From: Polyangiales bacterium
Lineage (GTDB): Bacteria > Myxococcota_A > Polyangia > Polyangiales > Ga0077539
Direction of reading: 5' to 3'
DNA length: 64,000 nt
NCBI GenBank assembly: GCA_044229975.1
Contig: JBGARZ010000008.1
Location: 224,001-288,000 of the forward strand
The position numbers and the translations under genes were made by a program. The notes beneath the pieces were generated by a model. The model saw only the letters and a list, made by a program, of their open reading frames with translations. It did no database searches and had not been told where the DNA came from. Each line of letters starts with the position of its first letter. The stretch's first letter is position 1. Positions 30,309 through 39,126 of the stretch are shown here, piece after piece.

Positions 30309-31241
30309 TCAGCGACCGCGGTGGGTGACGGAGAAGCCGAAGCCCATGGCGTCGCTCCCGTGCGGCGAGGCGGCGGGGAGCAACCACTGCGCGCCGAGCT
30401 CGACGTTTTGCCCCGCGCGGTAGCGCAGCGTCAGCCCGAACTGCACGTTGGGGCCCACCACCTCGTCGCGAAAGACGTTGCCGACCTGCACGCCTGTCAC
30501 GAGGCCCACGCCGAGCTCGTCGAAGGGCGACCACAGCAGCCGCAGCGGGATGTTGAGCACCTCGCGCAGCGTCGACCCTTCGCTCAAGACGGACTGCAAG
30601 AACACCCCGCTCTCCACCCGCAGCCGCGCCCCGGGCAGCACCACCTGCACGGGCAACCCGAGGGCCATGCTCCAGGCGGTGTTCTGCGCGAGCGGCGCCT
30701 GTAGCATCAGCTCCACCCCCGCGCGAAACACCCGCTCTGCCCCATCCAGAAACGACCAGCGCAGCTTCACCCACGGGTTGCCGATGAAGCGGTTGCCCGT
30801 CTGGAACACCTCGTCCCGCCACACCCTCCCGTACCGATCGGCCGAGAGCTGCGCGCCGTCGCCGAGGCGAACGCCCGTCCCTGCCTCGATCTGGAAGTGA
30901 CGGCCGAGCCCCGCACTCACGTCCATCGAGAGCCCGAGGCCACCGCGATCAGAGAACGTTCGCCCGATGCTGCTCGTGCCGTACGCCACGCCCCATTGCA
31001 GCAGCACCATCCCGGATGGCAGTGACAGCGGGCGCGTCAGCATCGACGGCATCGCGAAGCGCGACGGGGGCGCCGGCCTCACCGGACGCGGAACCCCCGG
31101 AGGCGGCAACGGTTCAACGGTCTGTTCGAGCGGAGGCGGCGGGAGCCACGGCGCGCGGTCCTGCGCCGCGGACGGGCGCGAGAGCAGCGTGACCCCCACT
31201 GCGACGAAGAGCGCGGCGAATGAAGCGCGAGGGCGCCTCAC
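30309..31241 (-). CDS. Putative outer-membrane beta-barrel protein
   Basis: Signal peptide (SAAQ), Pro-rich linker, RPLSLP and alternating beta-strands. GTGA overlap with the frr stop. Confidence 0.6.
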   Translation of the reverse strand: MRRPRASFAALFVAVGVTLLSRPSAAQDRAPWLPPPPLEQTVEPLPPPGVPRPVRPAPPSRFAMPSMLTRPLSLPSGMVLLQWGVAYGTSSIGRTFSDRGGLGLSMDVSAGLGRHFQIEAGTGVRLGDGAQLSADRYGRVWRDEVFQTGNRFIGNPWVKLRWSFLDGAERVFRAGVELMLQAPLAQNTAWSMALGLPVQVVLPGARLRVESGVFLQSVLSEGSTLREVLNIPLRLLWSPFDELGVGLVTGVQVGNVFRDEVVGPNVQFGLTLRYRAGQNVELGAQWLLPAASPHGSDAMGFGFSVTHRGR

Positions 31242-31795
31242 ACCGTCATGATCTCCTTCTCCTTCACGGCCACGATGTCGTCGACGGTCTTCACGGCGCC
31301 GGCCACGAGGTCTTCGGCCTTCTTCCACGCGAGGTCGCCCTCGTCCTCGCTCACGTCGCCGTCCTTGATGAGGGCGTCGATCATGTCCTTGGCGTCCTTG
31401 CGCGACTTGCGGATGGCGATCTTGCAGTCCTCGCCCTCCTTGCGCGCCTTCTTCGCGAGCTCCTTGCGGCGGTCTTCGGTGAGCGAGGGCAACGGGATGC
31501 GCAGCAGGTCGCCGTCGAGCTGCGGGTTGAGCCCCAGGTCGCTCTCGCGGATGGCCTTGTCGACGGCCTTGGACTGCCCGCGCTCCCACACCTTGATCTG
31601 GATCATCCGGGGCTCCGGGACCGAGATGGTGGCCATGTTCGCGATGGGCGTCGGGGTGCCGTAGTAGTCCACGCGGACGCCGTCCAACATCGACGCATTG
31701 GCCCGGCCGGTACGCAGACGGGAGAGGTCGCGCCGCAAAGCCTCGTGGGCCTTGCCGTAGGCGTTCTTGAGCTCCTCGATGACTTCTTCAAGCAT
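31238..31795 (-). CDS. frr: Ribosome recycling factor
   Basis: LRTGRAN, VDYYG.PTP, SDLGLNP, LTEDRRKEL and KEKEIM; 185 aa. Confidence 0.98.
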   Translation of the reverse strand: MLEEVIEELKNAYGKAHEALRRDLSRLRTGRANASMLDGVRVDYYGTPTPIANMATISVPEPRMIQIKVWERGQSKAVDKAIRESDLGLNPQLDGDLLRIPLPSLTEDRRKELAKKARKEGEDCKIAIRKSRKDAKDMIDALIKDGDVSEDEGDLAWKKAEDLVAGAVKTVDDIVAVKEKEIMTV

Positions 31796-31844
31796 GGCGC
31801 GCTTCGGCTCCTATCGATATCGGATGGGTGGTTGGGAGAGTCAC

Positions 31845-31865
31845 GGGTTGTCCAATGGACAACCC
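31845..31865. promoter_or_regulatory. Perfect 21-bp palindrome upstream of frr
   Basis: GGGTTGTCCA-A-TGGACAACCC. Confidence 0.55.
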
Positions 31866-31885
31866 TGGCGGGGACTGCACTCAGG

Positions 31886-33916
31886 TCACTGCGGGGTGAC
31901 CTGGCACTCCAGGGAGAAGGTTCCGCTGTTGTTGCCGGCGTAGCCGTCGACGAAGACGGTGTACGTGCCGGGGTCGAGCGTGGCCTCGACCTGCGAGTGC
32001 TGCACGTCGCCCGCGTCGTCGTTGCAGCCGCGCTCGGTGCTCGCCTGCGCGCACGTCTGCCGGATGAACACCGCCGGGTCGTACCCGCTCGTGGTGGACG
32101 TCACCGACACCCGCACCGCCGACCGGCGACGCACCACGAGGCGGTAGAGCCGCTCGGGGCTGCGCGCGCCGCCCGCGCACGACGCCTGGAAGCGATCGGT
32201 GCCGCCCGCCGTCGTGCCCGTGACCGTGCGCCCGGGGACCAGCAGCGGCGCCGTGCGGCAGACGCGCTCGACCTCGGCCGCGCTCTCGACGCGCGAGTTG
32301 AGGCGGAAGCGACCGAAGCGCCGCGGGGCCGCGCTGTCGACGATGACGAAGTAGTCGCCCGCATCGAGGATCTGGTCGTACGCCCGGTTGGCGCCGAGGG
32401 CGCCCGCGCGGCAGGTGGCCTGCGCGAGAGCGGGCGCTTCGCACGCGCGGGTCACGGTGATGGTGCCCTGCTCGCGGAGGTCGTTGCTGTCGAACCAGAG
32501 CTGCACCCGCGAGCGGGCCGCGACGTTCATGCGATAGACGACGTCGTAGCCGTCGGCGGGAGCGGCGCAGGGCGAGCGCACGTCGTCGCGGGCGAGGAAG
32601 GTGTTGCCATCGACGGGAGTGCCCGGGGTGAGCACCTGGGCGTCGGCGCAGGTGTCGCCCGCGGTGTTGGCGCCCGCGACGGGAGCGAGGTCGGCCTGGA
32701 GGGTGTAGTTGCCCGCGGCGCCGGCCTGGAAGGCGTCGGTGAAGACGAAGTAGGTGCCCGCCGGGACGATGGCGTTGATGCGCGCGTGCTGCTGGTCTTC
32801 CGCGTCGTCGTTGCACTCGACCTCAGAGGCCGCGTCAGCGCACGCCCGACGGAACGAGATCACCCCGTCATAGTCGCTCTCCTGATGGAGCTGGAGCCGC
32901 GACTCCTCGGGGACCACGAGGCGATACACACGATCGGGACCGGGCGTGTGGTTGCCGCAGCGGGCCTGGAAGATGTCGAGGTCCTGCGCGGCGAAGGTGC
33001 CGGTCACGGCGGTGTTGGGCGTGAGGGCTGCGGCGCTCTGGCAGACGTCGGCGACCGACGGGATGTCGGCGGCCGTGACGGTCATGGAGAAGGTGCCCGC
33101 GTTGCGGGCGAAGCCGTCGACGAAGATGTAGTGGGTGCCCGGGTCGAGCGCGACGACCACGCGCGAGTGCGAGGTGTCGCCCGCGTCATCGTTGCAGCCT
33201 CCCGCGGCCTCGCCCGACTGCTCCTCGCAGGAGCCCGATCGTACGTAGACCGTACCGTCGTACCCGGCGCCCTGCTCGACGGCGACGGTGACCTGCTGAC
33301 GGTGCTCGAGCGTGAGCGCGTAGACGAGCTCTGGGGCGCCGCCCTCGCCCTCGTCGCTGCCGACACACGAGCCGTCGTTGTGCGAGCCCGCGCGGCGGGT
33401 GTCGCCCGTGACGGTCTGCCCCGCGGTGATGGGGATGGGGCTGGCGCAGGAGCCCGGGCCGTTGTCGGCGACCGCGCCGGGGCCGCTGCTGCCGCCCGCA
33501 GAGCCACCCTGCCAGTTGGCGAGGAGGTATCCGCCGCCGCCGTCGGCCATGCGCAGCGCGAGGGTGTAGCGCCCGCGCATCGGCGGGCAGAACTGCACGG
33601 ACGCCTGGGAGTCGCGGGTGTTGTCGCCGGCGACGCGCTGGTTGTTGGCGTCGAGGACGTTGAGCTCGATGTCGCGGACGCCATCGCCGAAGGCGACGAA
33701 GGTGTGGCAGCGGGCTTCGAGCTCGACGGGGAAGCGGGCCGTGGCGCCTTCGGCGAGGGAGCCCTGGGAGATGGGCCCGAGCTGCGAGACACCCATGGTG
33801 GTGAGGGTGTTGTGCACCGCGGTGAAGCGGGTGTGCAGGAGACCACCACCGGAGCAGCCGAGGGTGGTGCCGAGGAGCAGCGCGGTGAGCGCGCGGTTGG
33901 AGCGATGGATCGTCAC
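31886..33916 (-). CDS. Lipoprotein with tandem PPC-like (pre-peptidase C-terminal) beta-sandwich domains
   Basis: Lipobox TLGC; repeats of P-D/E-x-V-Y, CNDD and L-x-P/A-GTY-x-V-F-V-D. Confidence 0.75.
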   Translation of the reverse strand: MTIHRSNRALTALLLGTTLGCSGGGLLHTRFTAVHNTLTTMGVSQLGPISQGSLAEGATARFPVELEARCHTFVAFGDGVRDIELNVLDANNQRVAGDNTRDSQASVQFCPPMRGRYTLALRMADGGGGYLLANWQGGSAGGSSGPGAVADNGPGSCASPIPITAGQTVTGDTRRAGSHNDGSCVGSDEGEGGAPELVYALTLEHRQQVTVAVEQGAGYDGTVYVRSGSCEEQSGEAAGGCNDDAGDTSHSRVVVALDPGTHYIFVDGFARNAGTFSMTVTAADIPSVADVCQSAAALTPNTAVTGTFAAQDLDIFQARCGNHTPGPDRVYRLVVPEESRLQLHQESDYDGVISFRRACADAASEVECNDDAEDQQHARINAIVPAGTYFVFTDAFQAGAAGNYTLQADLAPVAGANTAGDTCADAQVLTPGTPVDGNTFLARDDVRSPCAAPADGYDVVYRMNVAARSRVQLWFDSNDLREQGTITVTRACEAPALAQATCRAGALGANRAYDQILDAGDYFVIVDSAAPRRFGRFRLNSRVESAAEVERVCRTAPLLVPGRTVTGTTAGGTDRFQASCAGGARSPERLYRLVVRRRSAVRVSVTSTTSGYDPAVFIRQTCAQASTERGCNDDAGDVQHSQVEATLDPGTYTVFVDGYAGNNSGTFSLECQVTPQ

Positions 33917-33972
33917 GATGGGTGCACTCCCGCCGCGCGGCGTTGGACCGTTATGACCCCGCGGGCGCGCAG

Positions 33973-35862
33973 TTATCGCACGGTGCCCGAACGGGAGCCA
34001 ACGGTCTTGTTTCGTCGACGCGCCCGCCGCCACGCGATCGCCAGCCCGACCACGCTCACGAGCGACCACCGCCCGGCGCCTTCGCGCGAGGGCGCTCCGC
34101 CCACCCGGCAGGCGCAGCCGGGGCCGACGATCTGGCTGTCGGTTCCGGTGTCGACGCGCGAGGTGCCGCCGTCGCCGTCGCACTGCGGCGGGCAACGTCC
34201 GAGCGGGCGGCAGATGGCGCATGGGTCCTTCCCATCGTCTTCCGTGGGCGGGTGCGCGGTGACGACCTCGGCCGCCATCGGCCCCGCATCCGGAACGAAG
34301 AACGACCCCACGTCGTTGGGCAGCAGCACGTCACCCGCTGGTGGCAGATCGACCGCGAAGGACACATCCGCTGGCGGCAGCGACGCATCGACCGGCAGCG
34401 GAACCCACGCGTCGGGCAGCGCGAACCCGAGGTCTCTTGGTGGGCCCGCGTCCACCGACGCGGGCGGCGGACCGGCGTCGAAGGGCGGCGGCGGCGGCTC
34501 ACCCGAACCGCGGCACTGGGCGCTGGTGGCGGAGACCCTCGCGCAGGTCTGCCCCGACGCGCAGTCGCCTTGATAGCCGACGAACAACCCGTCGGTGCAG
34601 CGCCCGATGCGCCCCGGCGTCGCGCAGAAGGTGATGTCGCCGGTGAGCACCGGGCAGATGGTGGAGATGCAGCGCGACCCGGCGGCGTCTTCGTGACAAC
34701 GGCCGCCCTGGGCGCCGCAGTCGGCCTGCGCGGTGAGCTGTCCGTTGAAGCAGCGACCGCGGTAGCGACCGAGCCAGCAGGTGTCGTGTTCGCCTTGCGG
34801 GCGGCACGCGAAGAAGACGCACCGCGCGCCGAGGCTGTCGTCGACGCAGCTCGCGCCGAATGCCCCGCAATCACCTGGCGACTGCGGAACACCATCACGA
34901 CATCGCGCGATGTACCGCCCGCCGATGCAGGCGTCGTAGGTTCCGGGCCGCGCGCACTCGGGGTAGGCGCAGCGGGCGGAGGTGCCCTCCTGCACGCACG
35001 CGGCGCCGTAGTAGCCGCAGTCACCCTGCGAGATGAGGCTGCCGTTGCGGCAGTGGCCGATGTGTCGACCGAGCCAGCAGGTGTCCTGCTCGCCCTGCGC
35101 GGGGCACGCGAAGAAGACGCAGCGGGGACCGAGGCTATCGTCGACGCAGTTGGATCCGAAGGACGCGCAGTTGCCGCGACCGCAGTCGCGATCGACGAGG
35201 GTAGAGCCCTCGCAGCGGGCCGTGCAGGCGGGCGGCGTCGGGGTTGATCCGACGGGCGCGGTGGGGTCGCACGCGGTGGCGTCGGCGGCACGGAGCAAGG
35301 GGTACGGGTCGACGTCGTTGGCGTAGTCGCCGTCGCGGTGGACGTTGAAGTGGAGGTGCGGGGCGGTGCCGCGGGTGCCGGTGTCGCCGAGGGTTCCGAT
35401 GACCTGACCGGCGACGACGCGGGTGCCAACGCCGATGCCGGGGGCGATGGAGTCGAGGTGCCCGAAGTAGTAGCTCCAGCCGCAGGCGTCCTCGACGGTG
35501 ACGCGGAGGCCGGAGGTGGCGGAGACCTCACCCGAGCGGGTCACGCGCCCGGCGCGGACGGCGACGATGGGGGCGCCGCGCGGGGCGAAGAGATCGTTGC
35601 CGTGGTGGTCGCCGCCGTAGTCGGAGTTGTCGGGGCTGCCGCCGGGGTGGGGGGCGCAGGTGAAGTTGTTCCAGCCGCGGTCGTAGCCGCCGTTGTGGGG
35701 CGCGGCGATGGGGTAGCGCTCGATGACGGGGTCGCAGGAGACGGCCTGCGTGATGAGCACGGTGTCCTCGCCGCCATCGTCACCGGGAGAGCCGTGGGGA
35801 CAGCCCGCGAGCGCGAGCGCCAGAAACGCGACGGAGCGTGACGCTGCGCGAGGGATGCCCAT
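33973..35862 (-). CDS. M23-family metallopeptidase with Cys-rich repeats and MYXO-CTERM-like tail
   Basis: HHGNDLFA (HxxxD), YYFGHL, HLHF; lipobox LAGC; C-terminus GCACRVG...hydrophobic...RRARRR. Confidence 0.85.
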   Translation of the reverse strand: MGIPRAASRSVAFLALALAGCPHGSPGDDGGEDTVLITQAVSCDPVIERYPIAAPHNGGYDRGWNNFTCAPHPGGSPDNSDYGGDHHGNDLFAPRGAPIVAVRAGRVTRSGEVSATSGLRVTVEDACGWSYYFGHLDSIAPGIGVGTRVVAGQVIGTLGDTGTRGTAPHLHFNVHRDGDYANDVDPYPLLRAADATACDPTAPVGSTPTPPACTARCEGSTLVDRDCGRGNCASFGSNCVDDSLGPRCVFFACPAQGEQDTCWLGRHIGHCRNGSLISQGDCGYYGAACVQEGTSARCAYPECARPGTYDACIGGRYIARCRDGVPQSPGDCGAFGASCVDDSLGARCVFFACRPQGEHDTCWLGRYRGRCFNGQLTAQADCGAQGGRCHEDAAGSRCISTICPVLTGDITFCATPGRIGRCTDGLFVGYQGDCASGQTCARVSATSAQCRGSGEPPPPPFDAGPPPASVDAGPPRDLGFALPDAWVPLPVDASLPPADVSFAVDLPPAGDVLLPNDVGSFFVPDAGPMAAEVVTAHPPTEDDGKDPCAICRPLGRCPPQCDGDGGTSRVDTGTDSQIVGPGCACRVGGAPSREGAGRWSLVSVVGLAIAWRRARRRNKTVGSRSGTVR

Positions 35863-35926
35863 GACCGCACCATAGACCCGTTGGCGGCGGCGGTGCTGAT
35901 GTTCGGAGTGGACGATGGCGTCGGGT

Positions 35927-36239
35927 GGAGAGCGCCCACTGCGCGGTTGCGGTCGGCCCGCGGGCGGGCCTGCAACCGCTGAAGTGGGAGCCTGGAGCTG
36001 GGCGTCCCGCCTGCGCGGGACTTGCTGGCGGAGCGCCGAGCGCTCTGCGCTCGACGAGTGGATGTAGGGGCTCGCTGAATGTCTTGAGAACACACTCCTT
36101 CACCTCTTCGTCGGTCGCGCGAGCGACCGGCGCTCGTGCAGGAAGTCCCGCGCAGGCGGGACGCCCATCTCCAGGCTCCCACTTCAGCGGTTGCAGGCCC
36201 GCCCGCGGGCCGTCCGCAACCGCGTAGTGGGCGCTCTCC
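35927..36239. repeat. Long inverted repeat (97-bp core arms, 3 mismatches; REPIN/MITE-like)
   Basis: 35927-36023 is the reverse complement of 36143-36239; imperfect pairing extends inward. Confidence 0.88.
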
Positions 36240-36282
36240 CGTGATGCCCGCCACCTACTCCGAATCCCGGGGCAGTGGAGAC

Positions 36283-36312
36283 CGTTGACGCTCGCGGGCG
36301 CGGCGGTGTCCC
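36283..36312 (+). repeat. 30-bp direct repeat, copy 1 (TTGACG-containing, promoter-like)
   Basis: 29/30 identical to 36847-36876. Confidence 0.75.
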
Positions 36313-36321
36313 CTGCCAACG

Positions 36322-36852
36322 ATGAGCTACGGAGCCGCGTCCGATCGATCGCTGGCCGAGACCGTCACGTGGTGCCGTTCGCGCACCTCGGCAGACGACC
36401 CGAAGGGCTGCCTGCGCAGCGAGGAGTTGCACCCGACCCTGCTCGCGCAAAACCGCTTCGAGGTGGTCGACGGGGTTCTTCACCAACGCTCGCAGTTGCT
36501 CTCGCTTCGGCCGCCGAAGGGAGACCCCATCGGATCGTCGGCGGGTCGACTGCTGGTCTACTTCCCCGACGCCAACCTCTGCGATGGGGCAGCGATGGAG
36601 GCGTCGAGCGGCTTCTTCGACGCCGACAACACCCCGCCCTGGGACACCTGGGTCGGCCTCGTCTCCACCATGAACCGCGAGCACAACGCCTCCTTCGCGA
36701 CGGCGCTCGTCTGCTGGGTTCCTGAGGCATTCGCGGCGGACGCGGACGCTGGCGTCGCGGTGAACCCGGAGGAGTGCATCCTGTGGCTCGACGAGGTCTA
36801 CGCGCGGGGCTGGATCTCGCCCGACGCACTGCCGTTTGCACGACCGCGTTGA
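36322..36852 (+). CDS. Hypothetical protein
   Basis: Globular-looking ORF with GRLLVYFPD.NLCDGAA and FFDADNTPPWDTWV. Confidence 0.7.
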   Translation: MSYGAASDRSLAETVTWCRSRTSADDPKGCLRSEELHPTLLAQNRFEVVDGVLHQRSQLLSLRPPKGDPIGSSAGRLLVYFPDANLCDGAAMEASSGFFDADNTPPWDTWVGLVSTMNREHNASFATALVCWVPEAFAADADAGVAVNPEECILWLDEVYARGWISPDALPFARPR

Positions 36853-36876
36853 CGCTCGCAGGCGCGGCGGTGTCCC
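36847..36876 (+). repeat. 30-bp direct repeat, copy 2
   Basis: Contains the stop codon of 36322-36852 and precedes the ATG at 36885. Confidence 0.75.
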
Positions 36877-36884
36877 TTCGGTGC

Positions 36885-37655
36885 ATGCGCCTCCCCGGCC
36901 TCGCCATGATCGCTGCGCTCCTCGTCGGCTGCCCGCGGGCCCCGCTCGCTCCGCCGCGTGCGCCGGTCGACACGCTCGCCGCTCCCGTCGATGGCGGCGC
37001 CGATGTTGTCGCGGATGTCGGCGGTGTCGATGTGCCCGTTGCTGCTCCCGTCGACGTGCCCGTTGCCGCTCCCGTGTCACCCACGCGCGTCGCCGCGTGG
37101 ACCGACCCGGCCGCTGTCGCCGCGCTCGCCGTGAGCTGCAACTACGCGCCGTCGCCACCACCCGAGGACGACGGCAACGGGCCCGACCCGATGACCTGCA
37201 ACGGCAACCTCATCGCGCAGTCGTGTGACTTCGACCCGTGCGAGGACGGGGTCGATGTTCCGTGTCGGACGCAGTGCGGGCGTACCTGCGGCGCGTGCGA
37301 TGCGCGGTGTCGCGTAAGCTGCCGCCAGTGCCGAACGGCGTGCCGGGACGACACCTGCCTGCGCGCGTGTGCGGCAACGTGCGGCGCCTGCCTCGAAGGC
37401 TGCATCGACGGCCGCGACCACTGCCTGACCGCGGTGTGCACCGCCCGCTACCAGGCGTGCGCGCGACGGACGGTGACCCACTACCGACAGGGGCCGTGCC
37501 TCGCGACCTGCGCGGCTTGCCAGACCGAGTGCGCGGACCGCGACCGCGTCGGCGAGTGCGTCGACGCGTGCGCCCGCCGACGGGGCGGCTGCACCGCGAC
37601 CGAGCGCCGCATCTGCCAGTGGCACGGCGTGTCCTTCGGGCTGACGGAGCAGTGA
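36885..37655 (+). CDS. Cys-rich lipoprotein (CxxxC repeats)
   Basis: Lipobox LVGC, PVD-repeat linker and many CxxxC/CxxC. Confidence 0.75.
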   Translation: MRLPGLAMIAALLVGCPRAPLAPPRAPVDTLAAPVDGGADVVADVGGVDVPVAAPVDVPVAAPVSPTRVAAWTDPAAVAALAVSCNYAPSPPPEDDGNGPDPMTCNGNLIAQSCDFDPCEDGVDVPCRTQCGRTCGACDARCRVSCRQCRTACRDDTCLRACAATCGACLEGCIDGRDHCLTAVCTARYQACARRTVTHYRQGPCLATCAACQTECADRDRVGECVDACARRRGGCTATERRICQWHGVSFGLTEQ

Positions 37656-37678
37656 GCGCACGGCGGGCCGTCGGAGGG

Positions 37679-37933
37679 GGTGACTGGAAGGCGGGTGGTC
37701 GCGTCCCTTCGGGTAAGGGCGGTGACTGGAAGGTGGGCGGTCGTACCGAGGGCGGCCCAACGGCGATCATCGGAACGGCGCTCGTCAGCCGACCACCCAC
37801 CTCCCAGTCACCGCCCTTACCCGAAGGGACGCGACCGCCCACCTCCCAGTCACCGCCCTTACCCGAAGGGACGCGACCGCCCACCTCCCAGTCACCGCCC
37901 TTACCCGAAGGGACGCGACCGCCCACCTTCCAG
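37679..37933. repeat. REP/BIME-like cluster: 42-bp unit x3.4 tandem plus about 1.5 inverted copies
   Basis: CGACCGCCCACCTCCCAGTCACCGCCCTTACCCGAAGGGACG at 37790, 37832, 37874 and partial 37916; reverse copies at 37679-37743. Confidence 0.9.
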
Positions 37934-37956
37934 CCCGCTCCCCTATCCGATCAACC

Positions 37957-38922
37957 TCACAGCTCGTACGGCACCGGGCGCACCTCGGGCTCGAACGCCA
38001 GCGCCTCCCTCGCCTCCCTCCACTCCCCCGGCATCGTCTCCTCTCGGCACGACAGCGCGACGATGCCGCCCACGATGGCGCAGGTGGTATCCCGATCGCC
38101 GAGGCCCTCCACCGTGAGCCACATCGCCTCTTCGTAGTCGTCGAGCCCGCGCGCCGCGCACCACATCGTAAACGGAACCGTGTCCTGCGAGATCACCCGG
38201 TAGCCCGTCCCGAGCACCGACGCGGCGAGGCGCAGATCAGCGTCCGCCGGCAGGTCGCGCGCCACCTCGATGGTCGCCCGCGTCACCGAGTCGGGCGTGT
38301 GCGCCAGGACGTGCGCCCACAGCGAAATCCCCGCCGCGCGAAACGATGGGTCGTTCGCGACGCGCCACGCGTACTGCGCCGCGAGCGCCACGGCGACGGC
38401 GCCCGCCTGCCCCTCGCGGTTCATGTGCGTGACCTCCGCCGAGAGCGTCGCCTCCCGCACCACCACAGCCGCATCGTCGCTCGCGAAGTACGCGCCCAGC
38501 GGGGCCACGCGCATCGCCGCGCCGTTGCCCATGGAGCCCGTCCCGCCGTGGACGGCGGCGGAGACCTCGCGCCAGTCGCCGCCGTGATGGAGCTCGCGCA
38601 GGATGCCCATGGCCGTGCCCGCGTAGCCGCGCGTCGGATCACACCGCCAGCGGTGCGCGAAGGCCGCCGCGAGGGCGTCCTGATCGACACGACCGTGGTG
38701 CTTGAGCACGTCGAAGAGCGCGAGGGCCATCTCCGTGTCGTCGGTGTAGTTCCACGGTGAGCGGGGGACGGCGCGGTGCGCGATCATCGACTCGATGGTG
38801 AGCGCGTGGCCGAAGAAGCGCTGGCCGAAGGCGTCGCCGAGGGAGAGCCCGTCGAGCGAGCGCAGCGCGCGGGCGAGGCGAACGTCGTGGTCGACCGGGA
38901 GCGCGGGCGTCATGTCGGGCAT
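37957..38922 (-). CDS. ADP-ribosylglycohydrolase (DraG/ARH family)
   Basis: GDAFG, YTDDTEMA, GSMGNGAAMRVAP, VTH and GDRDTTCAIVGG. Confidence 0.93.
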   Translation of the reverse strand: MPDMTPALPVDHDVRLARALRSLDGLSLGDAFGQRFFGHALTIESMIAHRAVPRSPWNYTDDTEMALALFDVLKHHGRVDQDALAAAFAHRWRCDPTRGYAGTAMGILRELHHGGDWREVSAAVHGGTGSMGNGAAMRVAPLGAYFASDDAAVVVREATLSAEVTHMNREGQAGAVAVALAAQYAWRVANDPSFRAAGISLWAHVLAHTPDSVTRATIEVARDLPADADLRLAASVLGTGYRVISQDTVPFTMWCAARGLDDYEEAMWLTVEGLGDRDTTCAIVGGIVALSCREETMPGEWREAREALAFEPEVRPVPYEL

Positions 38923-39126
38923 CGGCGTTTCATACCGCAGAGCGCCACGACGGACCGCCGGCGAGACCGCCGTCGCTTTTCGTGACGGACCCGCCGCACC
39001 CGCGGCCAATACACAGCACGACCCCACTTCCGGCGCAGCGACCGACGGCGCGACGACCGCGCCCACAGTCTCGCCGCGCCCCCACATCGGCCGTCCTCCG
39101 TCGACGGACCGAAGGAGCCCACTGCC

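Noticed and set aside
31220..34573. 1117-aa + strand ORF and similar long ORFs (e.g. 5590-7710, 46087-48450, 5' part of 55208-57943)
   Set aside because: These are antisense shadows of real genes caused by high GC3, with no recognisable motifs.
37790..37933. Possible CRISPR array
   Set aside because: The 42-bp units are head-to-tail with no unique spacers, and no cas genes are in the window.
37957..38922. ADP-ribosylglycohydrolase as antitoxin of a toxin pair
   Set aside because: No ADP-ribosyltransferase-like gene is recognisable nearby.
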